Below, in pieces: positions 35,159 to 45,169 of a DNA stretch of 64,000 nt. The notes under the pieces were generated by a model. The model had not been told where the DNA came from and did not search any database. It saw only the letters and a program-made list of their open reading frames with translations. The position numbers and the translations under genes were made by a program. Within the stretch, counting starts at the first letter, position 1; the number at the start of each line of letters is the position of its first letter. Origin of the DNA: Albugo candida (taxonomy: Eukaryota); assembly GCA_040437565.1 (NCBI GenBank), contig JBDOQK010000003.1, forward strand, positions 744,001-808,000, given 5' to 3'.

Positions 35159-36381
35159 ATGAAGGAAGCATATCTGACCCGTCAGGAAGATCTTTTACGT
35201 CAAAATGAAGCTGTTGATAAGAAAGTGACTGAGCTTGAGAATCGACAATCACAGCATTCAGCAACATTTCCTACTGAGACACTGTCGACCTTTTTTGAAG
35301 AATGCGAGGAAGAGGACTCTAATCAGTATCAATCTCAAGAAGAAACAGCCGAAAGCTATGATATGTCCAGATTGAGTGTGAAAGATCAATATAAACCGAA
35401 TTTAGAGCGGAAAGTGAACACAAAACACATTGATCGTCGCTCAGAGTCGCGTTCAGCGAAAGTAAGGGTAAAGGCTGAACAGCCCGGGTCGATAGGCAAC
35501 AATTCTGATATCGAGAGTACGCTTGAGCTTGCTTCACCGAAAGGATTGGGATTCGAAGCCACTGTCCGTTATCAAAAAGCTCGACTACGTGTGTTGAAAG
35601 ACGATCTCGATGCGACTAATGCCCAAGTTGAGGAACTCGTAAGGCTGCTTGTTAACTCCTTACCAGTCTGATCAATACTACATCATCTGATTAGCGTACA
35701 ACAAATGATACACAGAAGTCCAAGATGGAAGAACTCAGCAACGAGAACGCTGTGACAAATAAGAAGCATCAGCACACCCTACAGCTTCTTACCAAACAAA
35801 AAGAACTTACGTATTTCAAACGCCTTCACCTGGTAGCAGTTAGGTGCTGATTCCTTGCTCCAGGTCCGCGCTAGAAAAGCAACAAAGCATATTAGAGGCG
35901 CAATTGCAGGCTAGTAAAGCTAAGATTGAAGAGATGGAGACTGCACAGAAGCAATCCGCTTCTCAATCGAGGTCTAAGGAAGTTCGTCTGAATCGAGCAC
36001 TCGAGGAACTAGAGAAAGTCAAATCACAATTGCAGCAGGAGCGTCAAGTCCCCAGCGAAGCTACTGTTCCAAAAAGCGAATACGATAAATTGATAAAAGA
36101 GTGCAGAATTTTGGACAAGCAAAAGGTGTAAAAGGTGTGAAGTGTTTCGTCCGCACAGGTCTTTCCTCATCCTTTATTTCACTCATAGTCGGAGCTTCTT
36201 GTCGTATTCAAGAAGCAAATGAAATTAATTGACCTACTAAAACGGCAGCGAATTCACATGGAGGTAAAAAAGGTTTATGAGCAATAATGTCAGCTTGTTT
36301 GACAGGTACTCCTCACAGGCCGCGAAAATGTTATCGTTCACCGAGGAAGAATTCAGCAGAATTTTAGAATCAGAAAATTAA
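35159..36381 (+). CDS. TEX9: TEX9-like coiled-coil protein, multi-exon
   Basis: Motifs GFEATVRYQKARL and EVRLNRALEE, and the spliced C-terminus [31 protein letters not shown]. Confidence 0.85.
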
Positions 36382-36579
36382 TATTGATACTGTACAACGC
36401 CTATAATGTTTCGTACTTTTAAGAGCAGACGTAGTAAGCGATGATCCTGAAAGGGTACGTTGCTTTCCGTTTCGTCTACCCTGCGCGACCTTCGTGCTGG
36501 CAAGGATTGATAGCACGCACATACAGTTGGAGGCTGGCATTCACTTGTAAGGCCTTATATTACATCTTACCTGTTGATT

Positions 36580-37729
36580 ATGGCGGCGCGAGATATCGAT
36601 GGTTTATTGGAGAAGCTCACAAAAATCAACGCTGAGATGGGAGGCGATGAGAGCAAGAAAAAAAAAGGAAAGGGTACCTCGGATCGATTTGAGGAGCTGA
36701 AAACGAAAATAGGGGAAAGGCTGCATCGTCTCAAGGCTGTAGGTCATCACAGCGCAATGCTTACACATCCATTTGTCATCTAGCAACCGTGTTTTTGCAA
36801 TAGAATCTACAAGAATCGGAACCACAGATAAGGCGTAATAAGCATCCGAGGGAAGTCATCAGACGTCAACAAGAAATTCGTGAAGATATCCGTACTGTGA
36901 CGGAAGATATACATGAGCTGAAAATGAGTCATGACCAAGAAGCTAAGAAGAAAAAGGTTTTCCATTGCTTCTGACATATGAACTCATGCTGAGCGAACTA
37001 TGTAGTCTAAATTCACACCATTGGAGTTATCCATGCGAAAGGAGTACATCGAACAATACACTGCAGAATTAGTCACTATCAGAGATATGGCAGCGCAAAC
37101 GTACGCACGGAGTAATGCAATGGCTGTTGGGTACGGAGAAGATGGCATACCTTCAGCAATAGGTACTTTTGAAAATGGAGCTTTTTTTGCCAAGCATCAG
37201 ACCGCAGCGGAATACGTCTTGAGCGGTGGAGGAGATGGGAAGGAAGTGGCCGGAGTCACACGACGAGCAGAGGAAGTCACTGGTGAACAAGAAGCAACAC
37301 TTCAGCAGATTAAGAACAACGACCAGCGATTCGTAAGCGATAATGTGCGCTTCTGTTCATTTCATAGTCATCATTGTGATGTCTATAGGATCAAATAATC
37401 GACCAGATAGGTACTGGTGTGCAAGAACTTGGTCAGCTAGCCAGAGGATTAAATGAAGAGTTGCAGCAGCAAAGCATCATGATCGATGGATTAGATGAGA
37501 GAATTGATACCACGCAGGCTCACGGTACATAGTAGCTGTCTTTCTCAATACAAAGGATTCTCAGCAATATTTCATGCTTCTATGAGTAGTGGAATCGGTC
37601 AACCAAAAAATGAAGAAAACGTTGGAAACCTTAGCTCGAAGTCCCGATAAATGCATGATGGATATGATTTGTTTAATCTTGCTGCTTGGTATCTTGACGG
37701 TTGTATATAACATGTTTATCAAAAAATAA
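36580..37729 (+). CDS. Syntaxin, SYP7-like Qc-SNARE, multi-exon
   Basis: SNARE motif DQIIDQIGTGVQELGQLARGLNEELQQQSIMIDGLDERID and C-terminal TM segment DMICLILLLGILTVVYNMF. Confidence 0.85.
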
Positions 37730-37792
37730 GCGATTTTTTATGAACGATCTTTCTTGTCTACGAGTACCTGTAAGGCTAAAGCGTACGCTGTA

Positions 37793-38429
37793 TCAAGACT
37801 GAGGACCGTAGATGGAAGGACGAGGTGGAAGCAAATTTCGTGGAGGTAGTCCTCGTGGATAACCTAGAAAAGCTAATGTGAGAAAATATACAACGAATGA
37901 AGAAATAGTGATAACAAACTTTGCATTGGTGGTGGTGGACGCATCAAACTGGGTGGACCACCGGGTGGTGGCATCATCCCTCGCGGTGGCGGTCCGCGTC
38001 CTGGAATCATTCCAGGACGGAGCGGAGTTGGTATTCCAAGTGAAGGACCACGTAACCAAGCGCCAGCTATTGACATCACACTATTAAACGATGTAACATG
38101 CTATCTTTCTCGCCAGAGTGTCAACTTACGTGCCATGAGCATTGCCACACTGCCACCAGTATTCAGTATTGTTTGATTCGCTAACAACTAGTATTTGTAT
38201 AAAGACATGAGAACAATTTTGAATCAAGCACACAAAAGCACCTGTTCGTAATACAATTTGACATTCTCACGATGTTTCCATCCCCGATTGTGTTGCTTCC
38301 TACCAGCTTGCTACATATGACATCCAACATACATTATGTATCTACGACATGTTCATAAATCCTGAAAAATGACTGCACCGAATCATGCGTCAGATACGTA
38401 TCACAATAATCGCAATAATATCGCGGCAT
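37793..38429 (-). CDS. SNRPC: U1 snRNP protein C, multi-exon
   Basis: Spliced [34 protein letters not shown] (matrin-type Zn finger) followed by a P/G/M/R-rich tail. Confidence 0.93.
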
Positions 38430-38504
38430 AATGCTCCACGACAGGCACTACCGTAAACTTCAAATCTTCTACTCCCTTCTGGCGTGCATCTAATCCACAC
38501 ACTG

Positions 38505-39449
38505 ATGATGAATATTTCAGACAATAAAGAATGGTTTACAGAGACCGAGGCACTATGGCCAGGACAACAATTCTCCTTGAAAATAGAAGAAGTGCTGTAT
38601 CAAGGGAAATCTGACTTCCAAGACATCATGGTGTTCAAGTCTAGCACATACGGTAACGTTTTGGTATTGGATGGGGTCATCCAGGCTACTGAACGAGACG
38701 AGTTTGCGTATCAGGAAATGATCACACATCTTCCAATGTTTGCACATGCAAAGCCAAAGAATGTTTTAATTGTGGGTGGAGGTGATGGTGGAGTTTTACG
38801 TGAAGTGGCCAAACACAATTGCGTGGAGCGGATCGTAATGTGTGAAATCGATCCAAAAGTCTGTGAAGTATCAAAAAAATTCTTTGCAACATCGCTTGCT
38901 GTTGCTTTCAACGATACAAGATTACACTTGGTACATGCTGATGCAGCAAAGTATTTGAAAGATGAAAACACTGAGAAATTTGATGTGGTTATCGTTGACT
39001 CATCTGATCCGATCGGTCCAGCCCAAGTCTTGTTCCAAACTGAATTCTATCAACATATGCGTGATGCACTGGCTGCCGACGGTATCATTTGCACCCAAGG
39101 AGAATGTGTATGGCTACATCTAGACTTGATCAAGACCGTGATGAGCGAATGCAATTTACTTTTTCCGACTGTGCGTTATGCCTACACCACTATACCTACG
39201 TACCCATCAGGCCAAATTGGGTTCATCGTTTGCTCCAACGAGAAAACCGGTGCGTTCACGTTTACTTTTCCACACTCTACTCGGAATTTTGTTTGATTTT
39301 GTATCACATTAGATGTGCGAGAGCCCAAACGTAGGCCAACATTGGAGACGGAAAATACTCTACGCTATTACTCACCCTCGGTGCACCACGGAGCCTTCAT
39401 TTTACCCGCGTTTGCTGAGCGCGCTCTGAAAGAAGTGCAAAAAGAGTAG
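38505..39449 (+). CDS. Spermidine synthase (start codon uncertain), with a 3' intron
   Basis: Motifs LVLDGVIQATERDEFAYQEM, VGGGDGG, DSSDPIGP, PTYPSGQIGF, and the last exon LRYYS...FILPAF. Confidence 0.94.
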
Positions 39450-39587
39450 TTTCGTCAGACCGTAGAAGGGATCGGCCGGAGCGAAACAAGTTATACAACA
39501 GAGCAACCGTTTTGAATAATGTGTGCTTTTCATTGTTCATTTAATGGGACCTCGAATCAGACATGGAACAATATCCTGCTCCGATTT

Positions 39588-40417
39588 CTAAAATTGGCGA
39601 AACTGCTTCCTCACATTGATGGGCTTGGTTTCCGAGGCTGGAAAAACTTCCAGTACGTTGAAACGCACCGTTTTGGCAAGTGGACGACATTGGCCGATGG
39701 TGACCACATCTCCCTCCTTGACACGGAAGCAAGGTGATACGTGTGCCGCAACATTCTTGTGACGTTTCTCAAAACGCTTGTACTTCTTTACGTAGTGCAA
39801 GTAATCCCGACGAACGATGATTGTTCGCTTCATTTTCGTGGATAGCACGACACCTTTCAGAATTCGGCCTCGAATCGAAACGTTGGAGGTGAATGGACAC
39901 TTTTTGTCGATATATTGTCCCTCAATCGCTGCTTTTGGTGTTTTAAAACCAAGCCCAATGTCTTTGTACTTGCGAGGTCCTTTCTTCTTGTTCGCATATT
40001 TTTTGCTTGCAAGAAAAACTCCTTCTTGTTTTTGAAATGCTTTCTCCGTCTACAAAAAAAAACTCTATTAGTACTCCATTGAAAGCTTCTCTCATAATTA
40101 TCGATGATGGGATCGCGCAAGCACACAGACATCAGCTTGCATTGAGACCGCCTTTGACAGATCACAGCCTTGGTGAGCCATCACCTCACCAACTAGCGTC
40201 CTGTCATTATTTTCTGCGTTAATTACCAGAGGTTTTCACACAAGATTGTGACAGGTCAATGCGCTTTGACAAGCTGTAAACATGTATGCATGCATCATGC
40301 TGCAAGAGTCNNNNNNNNNNNNNNNNNNNNNNNNNNNNNNNNNNNNNNNNNNNNNNNNNNNNNNNNNNNNNNNNNNNNNNNNNNNNNNNNNNNNNNNNNN
40401 NNNNNNNNNNGTTCCAT
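39588..40417 (-). CDS. RPS11: 40S ribosomal protein S11 (uS17); tiny first exon inferred at the gap edge, long first intron
   Basis: TEKAFQKQ...IGLGFKTP...[16 protein letters not shown]...[18 protein letters not shown]...[14 protein letters not shown]. Acceptor AG at 40051-40050; ATG GAA C at 40417-40411. Confidence 0.93.
40150..40264 (-). ncRNA. Candidate intronic H/ACA-like snoRNA in the RPS11 intron
   Basis: Layout is hairpin, AGAAAA (ANANNA), hairpin (GACAGG/TCTGTC and TTGGTGAG/CTCACCAA), then AAA 14 nt after the upper stem. The terminal box is non-canonical. Confidence 0.35.
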
Positions 40418-40681
40418 GATGCACCTAGTACAATTGTAAGTGAGCTTCTAGAGCCAATCAAAAAAAACGCAGTGTTTCAAACGCGTTTGATACGATTCAT
40501 TCTCATTGAGGTAAAATACATTACATTTCTGACTGGTACTAATTTGATGTTGAGTCTACCTCATAACGTCAAGCTGACTGTCAAATCATCCAATCAAAAA
40601 AAGATGTCAGATACTCGAACGCCTTGAGGCAAAACAAGAGGCGTGTACTGCATCTTATTACATATCAAGCTCTCTGTTGTA

Positions 40682-43600
40682 ATGTCGGAGGATAATGTAA
40701 ATGTTAAGGTATTTTGCCGTGTCCGACCTCCTAATGAACGCGAAAAACGTCTATCTGCGACTCCTACTTCCTCTTTTGCTGGAGTCAATAAATGTATCTC
40801 TGTACCTGCAAGTGATCCCAACAAGAAAACAATCGTTTTACACTTGAAAAACGCACAAAATCAGAACCCGCCTTTTAATAAACCCTTTACCTATGATCGC
40901 ATCTTTGACGAGGATTCTACGCAGGAAGATGTGTTTCAGGTGGTTGGGATGCCGATCACAAGAGCGTGTTTGCAAGGGTACAATGGCACCATTTTTGCAT
41001 ATGGACAAACGGGATCCGGGAAGACGTTTACTATGCAAGGACCAGATGATGCCATTCTGAGCAACGTAAAGTCTGAAGATGACATGCGAGGTTTAGTGCC
41101 ACGAGTATTTGACTATCTCTACAATACTGAAGCTGCAGGACGAAATCAAGACAACCAAGAAACACACGATATTAAGGATGGTAATGCCGACGTAACGCAT
41201 CATCGATTCACATGCTCGTTCCTGGAGATTTACAATGAGCGAGTCTACGATCTCTTAGAATCAAAAGGGAATTCCACCATGTCAACTACAGCTTCCATTG
41301 GATTACCTGTACGAGAAAATAACAAAAAAGGAGTTTTTGTAGAGGGCCTCACTGTTAGCGAAGTAGATAGCGCGCGAAAAGCAGCTGAACTAATGAAACT
41401 CGGTGCTCAAAATCGTCGCGTTGGCCAGACTGCAATGAATCGTGAAAGCTCACGATCTCATAGTGTATTCATTCTAAATATTGAGTCAACTGAGAATGTC
41501 AGTACAGGTCTGAAACGTACGAGATCATCAAAATTCAGCTTAGTTGATCTCGCGGGGTCAGAACGTCAAAAAAACGCCGAGTCATTCGGTGATCGATTGA
41601 AAGAAGCCGGAAGCATAAATAAGTCTCTTTCAGCATTAGGAAATGTTATTATGGGTCTCGTCAATAAATCAGCTGGGAAAGCTTGTCATGTCCACTTTCG
41701 GGACTCGAAGCTTACCTTTCTGCTCAAAGACTCGCTCGGTGGAAATTCCAAGACATTTATGATCGCAACAATTTCTCCGACGGAAGATTCCGCTAACGAG
41801 ACGCTTTCAACCCTCAAATTTGCACAACGAGCGAAATTAATTCGGAACCAAGCGTTTATCAATGAAGACACCAGTGGTGACGTGATAAATTTGCAGCAAG
41901 AAGTCCAACGTTTGCGTTTGCAGCTATCCATGCAAGGACAATGTAATGCAAGCCGAATCCCAACTCCAATCGACAGAGTTCTACAGCTTGATGACAAGGC
42001 CTTCGACGAAGATGATGACACTAATGCACCAGCTTGCACGGGTTTGTTTGATAATTTCTCGAAAGACATCCGCTTGAAAGAACTGGAGTGTACGTTAGCA
42101 ATAATTGCGGAGGAGAGCGTTAAATACAAGTCTGGATTGCAAAAAAGTTTGGAGAAGGAGCAACAACTCAGCTCCATATGTGAATGTTTGAAAAAGAAAC
42201 TCCAGCACTCGAAATTACTTTTGAAATTTGCAAGTGATAAGCTATCACACCAGCAGTGTGAAGAATCAAAGTCAATCCAGGACCTCATTGATCGAGAGAT
42301 GACTTATGAGCCCTCCATTGACGCAATAGAGTGGCGTTTGAAATTCGAGAAAATGGAGGAAGCGTATGCAAGGCTAAACGCATCGTATGAGAAGCGTGCT
42401 GAATCAGCTGATAGCGGGATGACATTTACCGAGCTTTCGGGTTTCGATGATTGCTACCGTGCGCTTTCAAAGCAATTTGCACATGTTCTTTATGATAAAC
42501 ATTTTCTCGAGCGGCAGTTGAGTAGACACAAAGAAAACGTCCTTGAGAGTATACCTTCAGACAAAGCGAGCGAAGAAGAAGTGCAGTATTTATTGAAAAT
42601 ACAAGCCCAAGAATACGAAGCAAAATTAAGTGCTGCAATTCAAGTCCAGATCTCTCTCGAACAGAAAGCAGCATCTGTAGCAAATGATTTGCTGAGGAGT
42701 AAGCAACGTGAGACAGCCTGGAGCGTACGGTATCAGGATACTGAACGGCAATACAGTGAAGCTATGTTCATGTTCGAGCGGGAATGCACCACCTCGAATG
42801 ACCTGCGCAATCAATTACTGACTGAGAAGCAACGGATGCAGGAACTGATACTGGAGAAGGATCGAGAACGACTGGTATCCGACCACAATCAAAGACTACA
42901 AGTAGAGGCCGGTGATTCTCACGAGAAGTTAATGATTATGAATCAGTGGCTCAAAGTACAATTACAACTGCTATCGAATCATCGACACTCACTCGACAAT
43001 GTAATTGATCATTTGCACAAGGAGAAAGTAGAGGCCCAGTCGAACCTCGACTCCGCTTCACAAATTGTCAGCGAGTTGAGATCGAAAGATAATGTTTTGC
43101 TTGCTGAATTGACACAGACCAACAATAGGAATATAGTGCTCCAAGACCAATTAAAATCAAAGCAGTCAGCATTGATTGCTTGGAAAAAGGAATTCGAGGA
43201 CGCTCAGAGTCGGCTTAAACAAACGAATGCCTCTCCAGAGAAAAAAATATCACTGCTAGAAAGTCAACTATACCATATTAGTCAAGAAGCATTGGCAAAA
43301 TACAACGATGTCAAGCATGAGTCGGATCCATTGGCGTTGAGATCACAAAATATTGATCCAAACCAATTCTCACAAAATCCAACATGCTTGAACACATCTT
43401 TGGTGACTTCAGAGGACAATATCGTAAGCAACGTACCCCAGCCTTCTACAACTGATTCCTCTTTCAAGGATCCTCTACCGAAATCAGATATACAAGGACC
43501 GACACAGTATATCATCAAAAGAGATGGAGAGTCTGGAAGTACGCGAGACCGTAGAGAGCTCGCAAGAGATCAATACGCTTTATTGAAAAAGATTGCAACT

Positions 43601-44449
43601 TTGGAAACGGAGAAACTGATTCTGAAGAGGGATTTAAGCATGCAAAATGAGAAGCTTGAAAAAGTAGAAGCAACATTACGTCTGACAAAGCAAGACCTGA
43701 TGCTCGAGAAACGACTACGCAGTGAAGATGTAATGCAATTAGCAGCATTTAAGAACAAATTAGAGATCCTGGTCGCGCAGTTCAAGCAAGAAAATGACGA
43801 TCTTCAAGACCGCTTTTCACAACTGGAATTTGAGTTTGTCAAAAATAAGAGAATGCTTGAAGAAAGTCTTTACAAACTCAATGCTCGGGACCAGAAGTAT
43901 AATGCCGCCAAACAAGTATTCGAACGTTTGCTGATGGAAGCCACAGAGTCTAATCAGAGGCTCCACATTCATTTTGATAAGATTGTAAGAGCCGGATATA
44001 TTCCTTCAGCACATGGGCCAAAGCTGAAGGCATTTAATTCAACAAGTGATCCATTAATTACACCGATCGACAACGTGAAAAGGTCATTCTTCAAGATGCA
44101 GGCCGACTTGGAAGGGGCTCGTACCCGAATTGAGGCTACAAATGCATCAAATGATGTTCCTGTGGGCTCATGGCGATCTCAACTAGACCGCGCTAAGCGA
44201 CAACTCGATCAGGCGTTGGGCGTTGCTGCTGCTAAAGAAAAGAAACTACAAGAATTGGAGAAAAGATGCGTGATGTTGACACGTCTGGCAGAAAATCGGA
44301 GTATGCTGCTCACAACATACGAAGAAGAAGTGGCTGCTGCCAAAGCTGCTAAAATTGAGACGGAGAAAGATTTGTTACGCATTCGAAGGAACTTGGGTGA
44401 CTTGGGTCATCTCCTAGATCGTCATGGTCAAAGTGGTTTTGAAAACTGA
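40682..44449 (+). CDS. Kinesin-12 (KIF15-like) motor protein
   Basis: Motifs VFCRVRP, GYNGTIFAYGQTGSGKTFTM, NRESSRSHSVF, VDLAGSERQK and HFRDSKLTFLLKDSLGGNSKT, followed by a long coiled coil. Confidence 0.92.
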   Translation: MSEDNVNVKVFCRVRPPNEREKRLSATPTSSFAGVNKCISVPASDPNKKTIVLHLKNAQNQNPPFNKPFTYDRIFDEDSTQEDVFQVVGMPITRACLQGYNGTIFAYGQTGSGKTFTMQGPDDAILSNVKSEDDMRGLVPRVFDYLYNTEAAGRNQDNQETHDIKDGNADVTHHRFTCSFLEIYNERVYDLLESKGNSTMSTTASIGLPVRENNKKGVFVEGLTVSEVDSARKAAELMKLGAQNRRVGQTAMNRESSRSHSVFILNIESTENVSTGLKRTRSSKFSLVDLAGSERQKNAESFGDRLKEAGSINKSLSALGNVIMGLVNKSAGKACHVHFRDSKLTFLLKDSLGGNSKTFMIATISPTEDSANETLSTLKFAQRAKLIRNQAFINEDTSGDVINLQQEVQRLRLQLSMQGQCNASRIPTPIDRVLQLDDKAFDEDDDTNAPACTGLFDNFSKDIRLKELECTLAIIAEESVKYKSGLQKSLEKEQQLSSICECLKKKLQHSKLLLKFASDKLSHQQCEESKSIQDLIDREMTYEPSIDAIEWRLKFEKMEEAYARLNASYEKRAESADSGMTFTELSGFDDCYRALSKQFAHVLYDKHFLERQLSRHKENVLESIPSDKASEEEVQYLLKIQAQEYEAKLSAAIQVQISLEQKAASVANDLLRSKQRETAWSVRYQDTERQYSEAMFMFERECTTSNDLRNQLLTEKQRMQELILEKDRERLVSDHNQRLQVEAGDSHEKLMIMNQWLKVQLQLLSNHRHSLDNVIDHLHKEKVEAQSNLDSASQIVSELRSKDNVLLAELTQTNNRNIVLQDQLKSKQSALIAWKKEFEDAQSRLKQTNASPEKKISLLESQLYHISQEALAKYNDVKHESDPLALRSQNIDPNQFSQNPTCLNTSLVTSEDNIVSNVPQPSTTDSSFKDPLPKSDIQGPTQYIIKRDGESGSTRDRRELARDQYALLKKIATLETEKLILKRDLSMQNEKLEKVEATLRLTKQDLMLEKRLRSEDVMQLAAFKNKLEILVAQFKQENDDLQDRFSQLEFEFVKNKRMLEESLYKLNARDQKYNAAKQVFERLLMEATESNQRLHIHFDKIVRAGYIPSAHGPKLKAFNSTSDPLITPIDNVKRSFFKMQADLEGARTRIEATNASNDVPVGSWRSQLDRAKRQLDQALGVAAAKEKKLQELEKRCVMLTRLAENRSMLLTTYEEEVAAAKAAKIETEKDLLRIRRNLGDLGHLLDRHGQSGFEN

Positions 44450-44704
44450 TGAAAGCCTTCAATCACTGTACGTGCGTCCATACGCTTAAACCAACTACAA
44501 ATACTCTCAATGCTTTGGCTAAATCAGGCGGGAACTGAGTTTCTCAAATACAAGGCCAAAATATTTAGCCGCATGCTGTTCATATTATGCACGTGTCGTG
44601 GTTTATCATTGCTAAAAACTAGTCAATTCTATCAGAAGTGCTTCTTTTTCTCCAATTTTTACAAGATGCAGAGCTGCAGGAGAAAAGGTACTCAGCTCCT
44701 GCAA

Positions 44705-45076
44705 TCACGAAGATGCACCAAATGACCCAACATTATCTTTTTTGTCATTCTTTTCTGTTTTGATGGATTCTCGATACTTTTGTAAATATAATTTCAGTGG
44801 TTCCACATAACTATCAAATCCCAAAGTGCTCATAGCCCAGATGATGTCATCGCCGTTAATCGTTTTACGTTTCTCTTGCTGGCATTTATCGCTGGCTTCA
44901 CTTGTGATGAACGAGATGAACTCACTCACACATTCTTGCACAGTTTCCTTTCCATCCTTTGCAATTTTCGCTGTGGATGGAAGGGAGACCTTCATGATTC
45001 GTGATATATTTGCTGTCGGTAGAAAGCGGTCTTGCTCCCGAATTTCATCGTTATCGTGATCGTCTTTAGTGGACAT
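44705..45076 (-). CDS. NFYB: Nuclear transcription factor Y subunit B
   Basis: [17 protein letters not shown]...[32 protein letters not shown]. Confidence 0.96.
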   Translation of the reverse strand: MSTKDDHDNDEIREQDRFLPTANISRIMKVSLPSTAKIAKDGKETVQECVSEFISFITSEASDKCQQEKRKTINGDDIIWAMSTLGFDSYVEPLKLYLQKYRESIKTEKNDKKDNVGSFGASS

Positions 45077-45169
45077 GATATCACTTTACCGCTTCTTTGC
45101 TAATAAGATCCCCCCTTTGGATGTGTTCCAGTGTCTTGGTACAGGTGTACTTACTCGCTTACGTACGAA

